DNA from: an uncultured Cellvibrio sp.
GTDB taxonomy: Bacteria > Pseudomonadota > Gammaproteobacteria > Pseudomonadales > Cellvibrionaceae
Reading direction: 5' to 3'
Length of the DNA stretch: 64,000 nucleotides
Assembly: GCA_965652595.1 (NCBI GenBank)
Contig: CBFGWO010000004.1
Span: 3,221-67,220, forward strand
This document shows, one piece after another, positions 63,504-64,000 of the stretch (position 1 is its first letter; the number at the start of each line of letters is the position of its first letter). Position numbers and translations under genes: made by a program. Under the pieces are notes generated by a model, which had not been told where the DNA came from, made no database searches, and was given only the letters and a program-made list of their open reading frames with translations.

Positions 63504-64000
63504 GTGGCTGAAAACAAACCTGCCGAAAAACCCAAAAGCAAACTCCGCTATGTGGATCAGGCCGCTATTTTGCTGATGTCACTGGGGGAAGGCGATGCGG
63601 CGGAAATCCTCAAGCACATGGGGCCAAAAGAGGTGCAGCGCATAGGTGCCGCCATGACCCAGCTGTCGAACGTGCAGCAGCAGGATGTGCAGGTGGTAAT
63701 GGCCAACTTTCTCGACGAGGTGCGCACACTCACCGGTTTGGGCATGGGCGCCGACAATTACATCCGCAAAATGCTGGTAACCGCCCTGGGTGAAGACAAA
63801 GCCAATGGTTTGATCGATCGCATTCTGCTCGGCGGCAACACCACCGGCCTGGATACCCTCAAGTGGATGGAAGCCCGTTCGGTGGCGGATATTATTCGCA
63901 ACGAACACCCGCAAATTCAGGCTATTGTGATCGCCTATCTCGATGCGGATCAGTCCGCTGAAATTCTGGGCTACCTGCCGGAAAAAGTTCGCCTGGATAT
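63504..64000 (+). CDS. fliG: Flagellar motor switch protein FliG (5' part; runs off the window end)
   Basis: The GTG at 63504 gives (M)AENKPAEKPKSKLRYVDQAAILLMSLGEGDAAEILKHMGPKEVQRIGAAMTQL..., the typical FliG N-domain. There is no stop in the window, so it is absent from the ORF track. Confidence 0.88.
   Translation, partial: MAENKPAEKPKSKLRYVDQAAILLMSLGEGDAAEILKHMGPKEVQRIGAAMTQLSNVQQQDVQVVMANFLDEVRTLTGLGMGADNYIRKMLVTALGEDKANGLIDRILLGGNTTGLDTLKWMEARSVADIIRNEHPQIQAIVIAYLDADQSAEILGYLPEKVRLD

Overview
This 64-kb window is chromosomal DNA from a gammaproteobacterium. Gene order and protein sequences look Pseudomonadales/Cellvibrionales-like, but I cannot name the species. It is densely coding and almost every gene is recognisable. 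I saw no rRNA, CRISPR array, transposase, integrase, phage or obvious defence genes.

The window has three blocks:
- Block 1 (1-19.2 kb) is a core biosynthetic run in the same order as the Pseudomonas leu-asd-fimV-truA-purF region: lysR-type regulator | leuC-leuD-leuB-asd-fimV-truA-trpF-trpB-trpA-accD-folC-dedD-cvpA-purF-metZ, followed by a lone MoxR ATPase.
- Block 2 (19.2-39.8 kb) holds folE, tRNA-Val(GAC), a small OM beta-barrel, htpG with a textbook sigma-32 promoter, mgsA, a small acidic ORF, a cold-shock protein, mfd-csiV, the Na+-NQR operon nqrABCDEF-apbE-nqrM, sthA, comEA, pyrF and cmk.
- Block 3 (39.9-64 kb) starts with a nucleotide-sugar operon (manB-galU-manC-ugd) ending in a FliT-like ORF. 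A polar-flagellum region follows: fliC1-flaG-fliC2-fliD-fliS-fliT-like-fliS2-fleQ, then rhlE and an aldo/keto reductase on the opposite strand, then fleS-fleR, a small convergent ORF, and fliE-fliF-fliG (truncated at the window end).

Many ORF-track starts are too far upstream, so I re-called them from RBS position and homolog N-termini.

I do not see a clear novel multi-gene system. The most unusual content is the duplicated flagellin/chaperone module with mixed sigma-28 and sigma-54 promoters. Several unexplained small elements are also worth a look:
- a 105-nt compound hairpin between leuD and leuB;
- an intrinsic terminator embedded in the apbE signal-peptide codons;
- a 68-aa ORF between fleR and fliE;
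- a 15-nt motif shared by both flagellin leaders.

All family assignments come from reading the translations from memory. No database search was run.
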